From assembly GCF_000315625.1 (NCBI RefSeq), contig NW_005434652.1, positions 293,132 to 357,131 on the forward strand: a DNA stretch of 64,000 nucleotides. The letters run 5' to 3'. Below the pieces are notes generated by a model, which was not told the DNA's origin, made no database searches, and worked only from the letters and a program-made list of their open reading frames with translations. A program made the position numbers and the translations under genes. The stretch is from Guillardia theta CCMP2712. Its lineage: Eukaryota; Protista; Cryptophyta. Shown in pieces: positions 46,628 through 57,995 of this stretch; positions within the stretch are counted from its first letter, which is position 1, and every line of letters begins with the position of its first letter.

Positions 46628-48170
46628 TCAGAAACTTTTTCCATAGTAATCCCTTGATGGTTGCATTCCTGTTCCAAAAGTCACAAGAAGAACACTAACG
46701 AGGCATAATGACGATGTAACATAACCTGTGTTTGACATGAAAATGTCCCTCTTGCTGCCAAACCATTGCAACAATCCCTTCAGTGCTGCAAACACAGTCA
46801 CAAGGCAAGAAAATAAAACATCAATTTGTGGTCATGAGGAAGGGAGGAGAGGAAGGCTTGAACATGCTAACGTCACATGCACACCAATCCAGGCATACGA
46901 TTGGATTTCATCTCACCCGAGGCTTTGTTCTGTCCTTCTTGCTTCACCCCCAAACCTCCAGAATGAGTTGCTGATGGCAGAACCTGATTCATCATCCCAT
47001 CAGCTTCGAACATCAAACTTAACGAATTAGTATGATAATTGCCATCGATATGATCATCGTTATCGATATGCTCATTGTTATCGATATAATCATCATCATC
47101 GTCAAAGTGAAATCAACTTCTCGATAGCGTCAAACCCCTTCACTCCATCATGCAATCATCACTCATACAACAAGCAGAGCTCTTCCCTCGGCACTCTCCT
47201 CCTCCTCCTCCTCCCTCCTACACGTGCTCTCACCGTATCACCCAACGAGACGGAGACGAAGAAGCCGAAGGGAACAAGCCAGACGCAACTGCCGCGCCAT
47301 CGGTCAGTCGCTTCTTTCCCGCCTGACCCCCCACCCCCCACCCCATCAGAAAGATCCTCCAGGCCCATCGCTCATTCATCCCCTCCCTCAACTCACGGAA
47401 CGAAGAAGGCCATGATCTGAGGCACGCGGTACTGGTACTGCTCGCGGAAGTAGACGATCCAGAGCCAATGGTTGACCAGAAGGCCAGCTGGATGATTGTA
47501 AGAGGAGGAGACAAGGGAGGGAGGGATAACGGAGGGAGGAGGAAGAGCGTGGAAGAGACGACTGAAGATGGGGAGGGGAGAGAGAATGAGGAGAGAACAA
47601 GTTGAGCAAGATTCGAAGGAGCGAGGACAAGGAGAGGCGAGCATACCGCACGCTCCCAGGAAGAGAGGAGAGGAGAAATTCACGAAAGGGAAATCTTTGA
47701 GGAACTGAGACGGAAAGTTACAACCAGCAGTCAAGTCACAGCAAGATCAGCTTCACCTGATAGTAAACAACATGCAGCGCAATCCCAAACATCGTGGTGA
47801 AGAAAGGGAACCCGTCCAATACCTGTCAACCGTCCCGTCAACCCCCAGGTCGTCATGGTTCACCTCTACACCCACAAGAAGGAGCCCGTGAATGGCCAGG
47901 ACGACCCAGATGGAGTACTTGAGGACCTTCTTGGTCAGTCTAGAGTACTCTTCTGCCAGCTCAGCCATGTCTGCCGTTGAGTCAGATCAGAGAGAAGCGC
48001 GAAGGAGACAAGGAGAGAGGGAGGAAGGGAGGGAGGGAGGGAGAGAGGGAGAGAGAGAGAGAGGGAGGAAGGGAGGGAGGAGACTTACAGTAGAGGCCGC
48101 AAGCCATGCAGATGGCGAGGAACAGGAGGACGAGATACCCCGAGGCATACACGAGCGGCTGAAAGAACAT
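46628..48170 (-). CDS. TEX261 / Svp26 (Erv26) transmembrane COPII cargo adaptor (multi-exon)
   Basis: LAICMACGLY|YMAELAEEYSRLTKKVLKY, FLKDFPFVNFSSPLF, LVNHWLW, CVWLVPFGFFVSVS. Confidence 0.9.
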
Positions 48171-48888
48171 CCTCTTCGACTGCTCCCACTGCTGACTAAC
48201 TCAGGCCCTTCAACCTGCTGGGTGAACTTCAATGAGTTTGGACTAGCACGGTGAGGAACGAAAGTACGTTGCAGGGAGGGAGGGAGGGAGGGAGGGAGAT
48301 CTCCCTCACTTCTCCCCCCTGCCTGCTGTTTCGTGCTGCTGCCCTGGTCCTGTTCCTCCTCCTACTTCTCGGCTGTTCAAAAGGAGCAAAACTGACTTCT
48401 TCATTTCATATCAAACAACTACCAGGATTTGTGATTCCACATGACTGGGCCCACGAATTCTATCTTTGAAGCATTCATGCACTCATCACCCACTCATACA
48501 TCACCATCACCACCATCACCACAAATACCACCCTCCCGGTATTAGTTACTAAATCTTCAAACGCTGCTCCATTTCCAGTTCGCCAACAAATTGAGCTTTT
48601 ACCTCCATCTTCAACCTTCCCAAATCGCACCTCCTCTCTCAGTTTCTCCACTGACTCTCTCCAACTGAATCATCTGTTCCCAAACCCGTTCCTAAACACC
48701 TTCATTCCCTCCCTGTGCTCCCCTGTTTGTATCAATGAAATATCGTCCTCTTCTACTCTTCTCCCCTTCTCTCCTTCTCTCTTTCTCCCACTTCCCTCTT
48801 CTCCCGCTCTCCTGCCGTGCGCAGCCCTCCCCTGCCCTTCCCTGCCCTCTCCTTTCCTCACCTCTTGCCCCTATTACCTGCTGTCCTC

Positions 48889-48965
48889 CTCTGCTCTGCT
48901 CTGCTCTGCTCTGCTCTGCTCTGCTCTGCTCTGCTCTGCTCTGCTCTGCTCTGCTCTGCTCTGCT
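48889..48965. repeat. (CTCTG)n pentanucleotide microsatellite
   Basis: About 15 tandem units between divergent genes. Confidence 0.9.
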
Positions 48966-49483
48966 TCGCTTCTCCTCCCCTGCCCTCCCCTCGCCCTGCT
49001 GCCATGAAGCTGCCCGCGTGACGTGGGGTTGGTTTGTAGAAAAGAATACGCATCTTAATTATCCGTATGTTACTTAATTTACCTGATGCGGGCCCGTGAA
49101 ACATCCCCCTCATTCTCATTTCACGTGCGGCCGCTGAAAGAGTTTGAAAAGATGTAGATGGAGCGAGGAGAGAGGAGCGAGGAGCGAGGGGAGGGAGACA
49201 AAGTAGGAGACCGATGAAGGGAGAGTTTGCTGATCGGTGAGCGTTTCAAGCCAAAGAGAAAGGAGAAAAAGGACAGGAAGGACAGGGATAGTAGCCGACC
49301 AGAATGTTTCTCTATCTTTCCACAAGAGAGAAGCAGAGGCGATCAAATTCTCTCAGGACAAATTGAGAAGGAGAAATAGAGAGGAATAACAAGGATGCGT
49401 GCATGCCTAGCTTCAGAGAGCCTGACCTGAAAGTTGATTGCTCGCCCCCTCAACTGATCCATCCCGTGACTGACAGGAACAGA

Positions 49484-49816
49484 ATGCGGAGGACGTTGCT
49501 CATTCTCCTTGCTTCCGTCGCCCTCTCTGCTGATATCTGCTCTGGCTTTGTATCGACTCCACGTTTCGGCCTGAGTCCGCAAGTGAGTCAGTCGGGGAGA
49601 TGCGCCAGCCTTGCTGCTACCAAGACCAAGAAGAAGGACAGTAAGCCCGCATCAGGCGGGTTCGGCAAAGCTGCCAAGTCAGCGACGACAACGATTGACC
49701 CTGCGGTCTTGCTGAGAAAGTCGATGGACTTCTATGACAGGTGGGAACGCTAGATGCTGTTTGTGGTGGTGGCAACTATGTCTGGTGTAGTGATGGTGGT
49801 AGAGAAAGTAAGAAGC

Positions 49817-49867
<51 letters not shown>

Positions 49868-51740
49868 GCATTGTTGAGGATCTTACCTGCATTCAGAATA
49901 AGTGAAGAATCATCAAGAATCTCGGTTTCAGAGGAGGAAGACATCATCGATCTCAGAGAGTATGTAACTCCCTCCCAGTTCCTCTCCCTTCTTCTGCTTC
50001 CTCTTGAAATCTTCTGAGCTCCCGCCCTCGTTTCCTGCTTCTTTCTCAGATTCTTTCAAGGTATGTCGTCAGCATCCGGATGCCCAAAGCTGGCACCCTC
50101 CCTGCAGGTTACGAGCAGGTGAGGAAGGAGGAACAAGAGAAGAGGTTGGCAGGAGGGAAGGGAAAACAAAACGAAGAGGAAGAGGAGGAGGAGAAAGCAG
50201 TGGGAGGGGGGTTAGGATGACGATGATTACGATGATGATGATGATGATGATGACTGGATGCAGTTGAGCGATTGGGTCCCGACAGCAGTCATGGCAATCC
50301 GATGGGTCGGAGACTCCCTTGAAGGTCTGAGACTGAGTAGTGTATTGGCGGTACGGTGACGTGGCAACGTGCCAGGAAATCCCATCCTCCAGGGAATGGC
50401 GGATGCAAACCTGATCGCTCCTCTTGTTGTGAAGAAGATGTGATGACGGAGATGAAGACTTCCGCTAGCATGATGGCTGATGCAGGTGTCGAGAGATCTG
50501 GGAGTGTGCTTGTCAGGGATCTCCCAGGTTTGTCGTGTTCCTCTCTGTTGGCTTTGAGATGTTGAGTTTTGTGCTGCAGTCTCCGAAGACTTCCAAGGAA
50601 CTTCATTGAGTATGCCTACGAGCCCCTTGATAACTTTGGTGAGAGTCCTGAATGAGATAAGATGGAGTGAGTTGAGCGGGAGTTGTGAAGGATGGGGGAG
50701 AGGAGAGGAGAGGAGAGGAGAGGAGACAAGTTATGAGGAGCCAAGCTGTGTAATGTCATGTGAACAGGAGACGTAATGGAAGAAGTCAACAGCAAGAAAG
50801 ACGATGTGCAACGCGCCTACCAGACACTGGTATCTTGATTTGTAGCAGCAGGAGGAGGAAAGGGGAGGAAAGGGGAAAGCAGTAGAGACGAACGGAGGCG
50901 CGTGCTATCAGTTGGTCCTGAGTTTTTCGTCAGGGATTGGCAAAGGGAGCCTCTGCTGCTGAGGTCAAAGCGGCTCATCGGAAGCTCATCGTCACCTTGT
51001 GAGATTCTGACTTGAATGTTGTCTTGTTGCTCCTTCCCTTGATGCAACGGACAGACATCCTGACCGAACATCGTCTCTGCCTGATGACGAGAAGTTGGCC
51101 GCCGAAGAGAGGTTTGCACGCAAATCATTATCATCATAGTCATCATCATCATCATAGTCATCGTCATCGTCATCATCATAGTCATCATCATCCTCATCCT
51201 CCATTCTCATCATCATCATCGTCGTCATCATCATCAAGAAGCGTCTTGGAGCTCACAGCAAGTGCTTCCCTTCCAGCTCCTCACCCTCTTTCTCAGGTTC
51301 CGTCAAGTACAGTCTGCCTACGAGTGTCTAGGAGGAGGAATGGGAGACAGGTGCTGCTTGCGCTGCTTTTTCTGCACTACCTGCTCATCATTGACATAAT
51401 CTAACATGATCTCTACAGCACACAAAGCTGGTATGAGAACTTGGGAGGAAAGGCGAGGAAAGATTTCTGGTGATTTCTCTCGTTGTCACAGCCTTCCGAC
51501 ATTCTGACTATCTTCCTTCCTACCCTTCCTCTCCCTTCCCCTCCTCCCCCTTCTGCTCGTCCCCAGTGGCCCCGTCCAGTTTGCCAATGTTCCGTCCGAA
51601 GACCTTCTGGAGTTTTGGGACTTTGCTGTCTGCCCTCTGGAGACCGAGGTGAGACAAGGGACGATCATGTCAGAGAACTTGACGGCGCCTGTCAGATCTC
51701 ACAGAACTTCATCATGCGCAACATGATGAGGAAAGAATGA
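49484..51740 (+). CDS. Plastid-targeted protein with a J-domain in its C-terminal half (multi-exon)
   Basis: Bipartite presequence MRRTLLILLASVALSADICSG-F. Later exons RAYQTL, EVKAAH, RHPDRT (HPD motif), ERFRQVQSAYECL. Confidence 0.7.
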
Positions 51741-52499
51741 GCGCAGGGTGATGAGAGGACCTACACCTCAGGAACCTGATCAGTCCAAACTTGACAACTT
51801 TAGCCTTGCCAAGTTGAATAGTTCCTGGGAATCAGGTTGACACTCGGGCTTTGCGCACTTGTCAGGCTTCTCTTGAAAGAGTCTGCAAGTTTTTTGGCAG
51901 TTTTTGTCAGAGCTGAGAGCGCGCCTTTAAGATTGTTTCATGTTTTCTTCTCAGTCTCTCGTCTCGCTGTCTTGTAACAAAAAAATTATGATCGCCAGCT
52001 CTCCTGGCAGCCTGGAAGCTCGGACTCCGAGTCGGGCCCTGTGCCGGCCGCCCATCATCCGGGGTCGGACCGTCACTCTCGGTATTGTCGGACTCCGAGA
52101 GTTCACACTGCCCGCTGGCCTCTCTTTGCTGGCCACTGCCCAGGCTGCCACGGTCCGATCACGCGGCGCGCTCCCGGCCATTAGGCACCGTCACGGTGGC
52201 GGGGCGCTCCCGGCCTGTCAAGTTTTGGCAAGTTGGCCCGGGCCGGAAACCTGCCCGGCGGGCGGAGGGCCCGCGGCCCTGGGCCGGGCCCCGCCGCAAT
52301 TTGCCGCAGTGCGGCGTAGCGGAGCGATTTCAGTGACTGCCGCAAGGCTGTGAAAGCGGTGAAAGAAATCGCCGGATGTTTCATCCGTCCGGCAGAAGTT
52401 AACTTCTTTTGTGACCCCGAACCGACGAGTGTTGGCAACTTTTCATTATGAAGAGGTATTTTTTTCATGCACGAGATTTGGTTTAGTCAACTTCAATGG

Positions 52500-54840
52500 A
52501 GGTACAGGGGTGCAGGGGGTGTTTGATCGGGATTGAATGGGGTGGTAGTCCATCTTGAACACATCCGGTGCTGACTGACTGACAGTCGGAAAGGGGGGGT
52601 CCCTTGATTTCAAATGGGGGTGGGGGTTATGGAATGAGGGGATACAATAGGGGGAAGAGCAGAAATTGTTCTATTTCGGGAACATTTTGCTCAACGTCGT
52701 CTCTCCCACATCCATGAGGCGCATTCCAATGTCAGGATGGAGGTAGGGGTGGGTAATCATCAGGGGTGGGGTACAGTGTTTGGTGCTTCTCATAGGAGGA
52801 CAAAGAGGAACCCTTGCACAGAGTCCTAGGGGAGGGGAGGGGGGGTAGTCGAGAGGATTCACAATGGNNNNNNNNNNNNNNNNNNNNNNNNNNNNNNNNN
52901 NNNNNNNNNNNNNNNNNNNNNNNNNNNNNNNNNNNNNNNNNNNNNNNNNNNNNNNNNNNNNNNNNNNCCTTTACCATGAATATATTTTACTACACAGATT
53001 CTTCTTGCACCCCATTGGAATCTGTTAGATGGAGGGGTGGTCCTCTCCCCTGCCTCTGCTTCCCAACAGGCAGCCATTCGAGGCTTCAGGGGTCACATCA
53101 AAGGTACCCCACCTACTCCTTCAAACACTACCCCTTCAATCCGACCAGTTCATTATCGGATATCAAAGGTCCGAAGCACCCCCTACCTACTTAATTGTTC
53201 TATGCCTTGACAACTACACCCCCACCCTTTCGTGCTCTATCCGTTATTTGGCAAAATTGTGATGTACGACCGTGGTGGGGTGGGTCCTTCTCCCACCCCC
53301 ATTTGCCTTACAGTCGTACCAACGGAGTGAATATGGTGCTGATGGACAGCGTGGAAGTGACAGTGTTTGGGTGGGTTCATGGGAAAGGAGGGGGTTCCTG
53401 CACTGTATTCAGTGATATTTGAATCTAGAGGAGGGGGTAGTGGTTATCGTCTTGAATCGTAGTGGGGTCTTTCCTTGGACCTGGTGGGTAGTTTCTGACC
53501 CTTGGCACCAACAGCCAAAATGATAAAAGCAAGGGTGGGTAGGAATTATCATGTCTGCCTTGATTCGAAATTTTGAATGGAAAGGCAGGGTACATGAGGG
53601 GATACGATTGATATCCTATGTTTATATTACATAAATTTTCAACATAGTGGGTGCAGCCTAATACTTGCCTCTCAGGCGTCCGGAAGAGGAAAGGTACCTA
53701 TCATGCCGAATGACCCCCCGAAGAGGGTGGTGCGGGTATTGGTGAAGCGTTCGGGTGGGGGTGCTTCTTTGTTGGAGATGGTGTACAGGGGGGTAGGGGC
53801 CGGTCTCGGCATAAAATGATACCTTGAGGGTATGTTACTTTGATAGGGGACGGTGGTGGGTACAGTTTTGATCACGACCGGTCCTATTCCCGCACTGTGA
53901 AATGTTGAAAATATGGGTACCATCTGACTTTGAAGATGTTGGGTACAGATATTCGGTGGTAGGGGGTGGGGTGGCGCTTCGTCAGGGGTCATGTCCAACG
54001 GACACCCACCGGCGGAGAGGCAAAATTTCCGAAGAGCGTCAGATATTGACCATATTAAGAATGATTTGATGAATAATGCCCACCCCATACCCTCATTTGT
54101 TTATGGATAGATACAACATTGAGCAATAATTGTACGAATTGTTATGAGCCAATATCTTTTCACCTCCCCCCTTGAAAATTTGATCACCTTGAGTCAAAAT
54201 TTGAGTGTCCCCTCACTTGCCCCCTCTTGCCGTCTCCTCGAACATTCAACCTTTCGAGCAGCCACCCCCATGGCATGACCCACCCTAAGGACTTTCCCAT
54301 TCCATTGTGATGACATACCTACCCCACCGTCCTCTTTTGAAAACTATGGAAAGAAAGGACCCCACCCATCGGATCGACAAACTTCAGAAAGTACCAGCTC
54401 CGATGCATCAGAAGGACCCACCTTTTGTCTGTATGTATGAGCCTTCATATGATCCCCCCACCCCCTTCCTTGGGCCCCCTTCCCTACCCACCCAGTCGAA
54501 TTTGTCTCTAAATCAGGCTAGATTTGGTTGAATGCAAATTTACCACCACCCCTACTCATCAGTTGAAATGTTGTCCCCTACCCACCTTACAACTAACAAA
54601 CAAATCAATTACACCACCGCCCAATGTGAACTTGAAACCTGGCTTTGTGGACCCGTGATCCTGTACCACCACCTCCCAATATGAATTTTTGGACCCCACC
54701 ATCACGAAAAAACTGGATTGATACACCTCCACTACCCCTACCTACCTCTACTTCATTTTTCACCCTACAGCGACCGGACCCGAACCCTACCCCACAGTAC
54801 TGTGAAGGGGTACCCCACCCTGTATTGCCAGGGTTCTTTT
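52500..54840. other. Long GGGTA/TACCC-rich tract upstream of the bZIP gene (contains a gap)
   Basis: About 2.3 kb of G/C-run sequence with no credible ORF. Confidence 0.6.
52868..52967. other. Assembly gap (100 N)
   Basis: Run of N. Confidence 1.
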
Positions 54841-55109
54841 AGACCCTTGCCGACCTGCCATAGATCTCCTCCTCCTCTTCCTACACTCCCCATACGTCTT
54901 TGTCCGCTTGTCTACCTTACACACCCATAGAGCTTGCCTTCACGTCCTCGAAATCCTCTGCTCTTTCCTCGCATCCCTCTGTTACGAAGCAAACACTCCT
55001 CAGCGGCCTCTTTTCTACGATCGATCCATTGGTCGTGACGCAGCAGCTGATTGCAAAACACTGGACCTGAAGACAACAGAAGTACTGACACCACTACTCA
55101 CACACAAGC

Positions 55110-56066
55110 ATGGCTGTGACTCGCCGAAACGAAAACAAGATCAAAACTGAGCCCGCGGATACTGCTGGTGCTACTAAAGCTTCCTCTGCTGTCAAGGTGA
55201 AGGACGAGATTGCCAATGACTTCGACACGGACCTCGTGAAAGTGTGTGGGACGGAGGACTGCGATTCCCCGATCTTCTCCACCTGCGGATCTCCCGACGA
55301 CATTGATGAGAGTGCTGGAAGCGAACTCGGGGACTATGAGCTCTCGTACCTTCACTCACTGTACCACGGAGATCTTCCTGACACAATCCTTCCGGACGCG
55401 GTCGCACCCCCATCCCTGGGCTCGACCTCCTGCCTTACGGGGCTTCCATGCGCAAAGAATGGTGGACTGATGAATGCGGTGAGCACTTTTGGAGAAGCTG
55501 AGAGCTTCGGCTATGGCGGGAGGGGGCTCGTGCAGCCCGACACTCCTCCACGGGGTGGGCATGATTCATGGGACTCCGACAGTTCCCCGCGCTGCTTGTC
55601 TCCCTGTGTTCCATCTGGACCTGTTCCCAAGTCTTCCTTGAGCAAGGCAAGCAACAACAATCGCAAGCGCAAGGCTGGTGTCGCTGAGAGTGCTCCGAGC
55701 AAGTGTGCTCGTGCTGCTTCAGTGGACATCTCTGAGGACGGGAATATCTCCGACGCCGAGTCTGCATCGAACAGAGGAACCTACGATGGTTTGGAGATCC
55801 GCCCTGAGGATGACCCGCTGGGCCTTTTCAAGAAGGACCCTGCGACTCTTACTCCGGAGGAGCAGCGAATCTTGAAGAAGCAGCGAAGGCTCTTGAAGAA
55901 CCGAGAAAGCGCTCAGCTTTCTCGTCATCGCAAGAAGATGCATCTGCATTCTCTTGAGAAACAAGTTGACCAACTAAAGAAGGAGAAGGCGGCGTTGGCA
56001 AGCAGAGTACAAGAGCTTGTGGACGAAAACGACAGGCTTCGGAAACAAATTTTACTAGCACTCTAA
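55110..56066 (+). CDS. bZIP transcription factor, intronless, 318 aa
   Basis: LKKQRRLLKNRESAQLSRHRKK basic region followed by a leucine zipper LEKQVDQLKKEKAALASRVQEL. Confidence 0.92.
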   Translation: MAVTRRNENKIKTEPADTAGATKASSAVKVKDEIANDFDTDLVKVCGTEDCDSPIFSTCGSPDDIDESAGSELGDYELSYLHSLYHGDLPDTILPDAVAPPSLGSTSCLTGLPCAKNGGLMNAVSTFGEAESFGYGGRGLVQPDTPPRGGHDSWDSDSSPRCLSPCVPSGPVPKSSLSKASNNNRKRKAGVAESAPSKCARAASVDISEDGNISDAESASNRGTYDGLEIRPEDDPLGLFKKDPATLTPEEQRILKKQRRLLKNRESAQLSRHRKKMHLHSLEKQVDQLKKEKAALASRVQELVDENDRLRKQILLAL

Positions 56067-56160
56067 ACTAACGGCCATATTTGCGTCCTGTATCGAAAAA
56101 ATATTAAATGGTTTGATCGCAAAACCGTCTTCACGTTGAAACATCCAACCTTTCATATTA

Positions 56161-57192
56161 TCATGCAACTCGCTTGAGTCTGCTGATGTACTTCACTTTC
56201 ATCCAAGCGTCCTTTGGATCAGGTCGAGCATCAGGCAGAACATACTCGAGGAGGATGCTCTCTACTGTGTCTGCGTCCACCACTCTGAACCTGCATCTAT
56301 ACCATCGAGCTGAGATCCTGGGAGCTGGTGCAACCCCAGTGAGGGACCCAGCGTTCTGCAGCTGAGCAATGCGTACAAACTCGGTGAACTCTGCCGTACT
56401 TCCGTCCCCTCCCATGGAGCTGCTCCTCTTGGTCACTTTGCGCTCCTCAATCCTTCCGTCAGGGTAGGAAACGGTGAGGACGTTTGGGTTGCTTGCACTC
56501 CACTGCACATCCATGCCTTTCTCGTCCTCTGCAGCAAGCAGCTGTCGGGTGTTGTATTCCCGGTCTGCTATCGTGCCATCTTCCTTCGGGATGTATCTCG
56601 TTGTGTACTGCTCAACTTTGTCTTTTCTACTCAGTACCTTCTTGTACAAGTCTTGATCTTCAATCGCCGCGAGGAGCTCAACGCCGGTGATGGTACGTTC
56701 TACGTTCCATTTACCACGGAAGGAATCCGGGTAGAAAACATCCTTGGGTCCGAAACCAGGGATTTTGGACGCAGCTTTCCTGACGTTCTCTCCCACCTTG
56801 TCGTCCCTAACAAGGTCCTGTGCGAAAGCTGGCTGAGAGGTAGGAATACCGCAAACTAGCAACGGCCCGAGCAAACGGAACAGGGTTCTACGGGACAGAT
56901 CTCCTGTGAAGATGAAGCTTTCACTCCCTTGAGATGTTTCTGCTGACTCAGTCTTCCCTGTCATAGAGCAGTAGGATGGTGCTCTAGCTCTCACCCACCT
57001 CGATGCCCTGCCCTCAAGTGATCGAATCCTTGTTGTGCAGGACGGAGGGATGGTAAAGGCCGGGCTCACTGGCAGGGCGTGTTGCAGAGCTTGTGACGAT
57101 GGGATGAGAGAGACTCCGAGAGACGCCATAGCAAGCACAGTCAAGACGCTGCTCCTCCGTCCTCCTCTCTCCACTCCGCTCCCTCGCCCCAT
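56161..57192 (-). CDS. DUF6816-like plastid (probably thylakoid lumen) protein, intronless
   Basis: Signal peptide ...SPAF, transit-like region, SRRTL-hydrophobic-AFA motif. Mature part IPGFGPKDVFYPDSFRGKW and ADREYN recalls DUF6816 proteins of phototrophs (recognised from memory, not searched). Confidence 0.7.
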   Translation of the reverse strand: MGRGSGVERGGRRSSVLTVLAMASLGVSLIPSSQALQHALPVSPAFTIPPSCTTRIRSLEGRASRWVRARAPSYCSMTGKTESAETSQGSESFIFTGDLSRRTLFRLLGPLLVCGIPTSQPAFAQDLVRDDKVGENVRKAASKIPGFGPKDVFYPDSFRGKWNVERTITGVELLAAIEDQDLYKKVLSRKDKVEQYTTRYIPKEDGTIADREYNTRQLLAAEDEKGMDVQWSASNPNVLTVSYPDGRIEERKVTKRSSSMGGDGSTAEFTEFVRIAQLQNAGSLTGVAPAPRISARWYRCRFRVVDADTVESILLEYVLPDARPDPKDAWMKVKYISRLKRVA

Positions 57193-57995
57193 CTGTACTG
57201 CGCCGGACTTGTGAACCTCCCGCTTATTTGTCCGAAGGTTTTCTCTGGTTGTCCAACATCCGCGTCCTGCAATGGTAATAGCCGTTATGTGACGGTTATT
57301 CTTTCATTCCCGGGAAGGGCTCGCAGAATGCTGCGAGCGGGAGCGAGAGAAGGAAGATGGAGGAGGAGGAGGAGGAGAAGGAGGAGAGAACGAGACAGCA
57401 AAAGGAAGGGATGAGGAGGAGGAGGAGGAGGAGGAGAAACCAGAGTACAGAAAATGATATCAGAGGAGGCGGTGCCAGGTTGACGCGGAGATGGAATGTA
57501 GGGTAGGTAAGACAAAAGAGGGACGCAAGATCTGGGGTGGATGAAATATGATATTTATCGAAGAAGTGAAGGATCGAAGTGAGAGCAAGCAAACGAAATT
57601 GCAATCTCATGATCTCCCTTTCTTCTTGACCATACCGTCCGGTCCCGGCAAACAAATCTTCTCCTGTCGAATGAAATATCTCGCTTCCTCCTTGTATAGA
57701 ATAGCTCCAGCTTGATAATGGGATACGGAGCACAAGGAGATAGAGTTATTAACTTTTGGAAGTATGTGTGAACGGGTGCAGACATCTAACAGCAACATGA
57801 GACTGATCAGAGAGTACGTAACTGAAAATCATTGTTGAAATGTAGTATCTCAATACCTGCTTGTGACCATCCAGTATGATTCTACAGATGGCGAGGGCCC
57901 CGGTACTTGGATGAGAGTTCCTGCATCGTCTATGCAGGCATTGACAGAGGGATTGTATTCAGCTTGATCTCAGTCTCTCTGCCCTCCTGTCATAA

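Noticed and set aside
55110-56066. Aureochrome
   Set aside because: The bZIP is at the extreme C-terminus with no LOV (NCRFLQ) domain.
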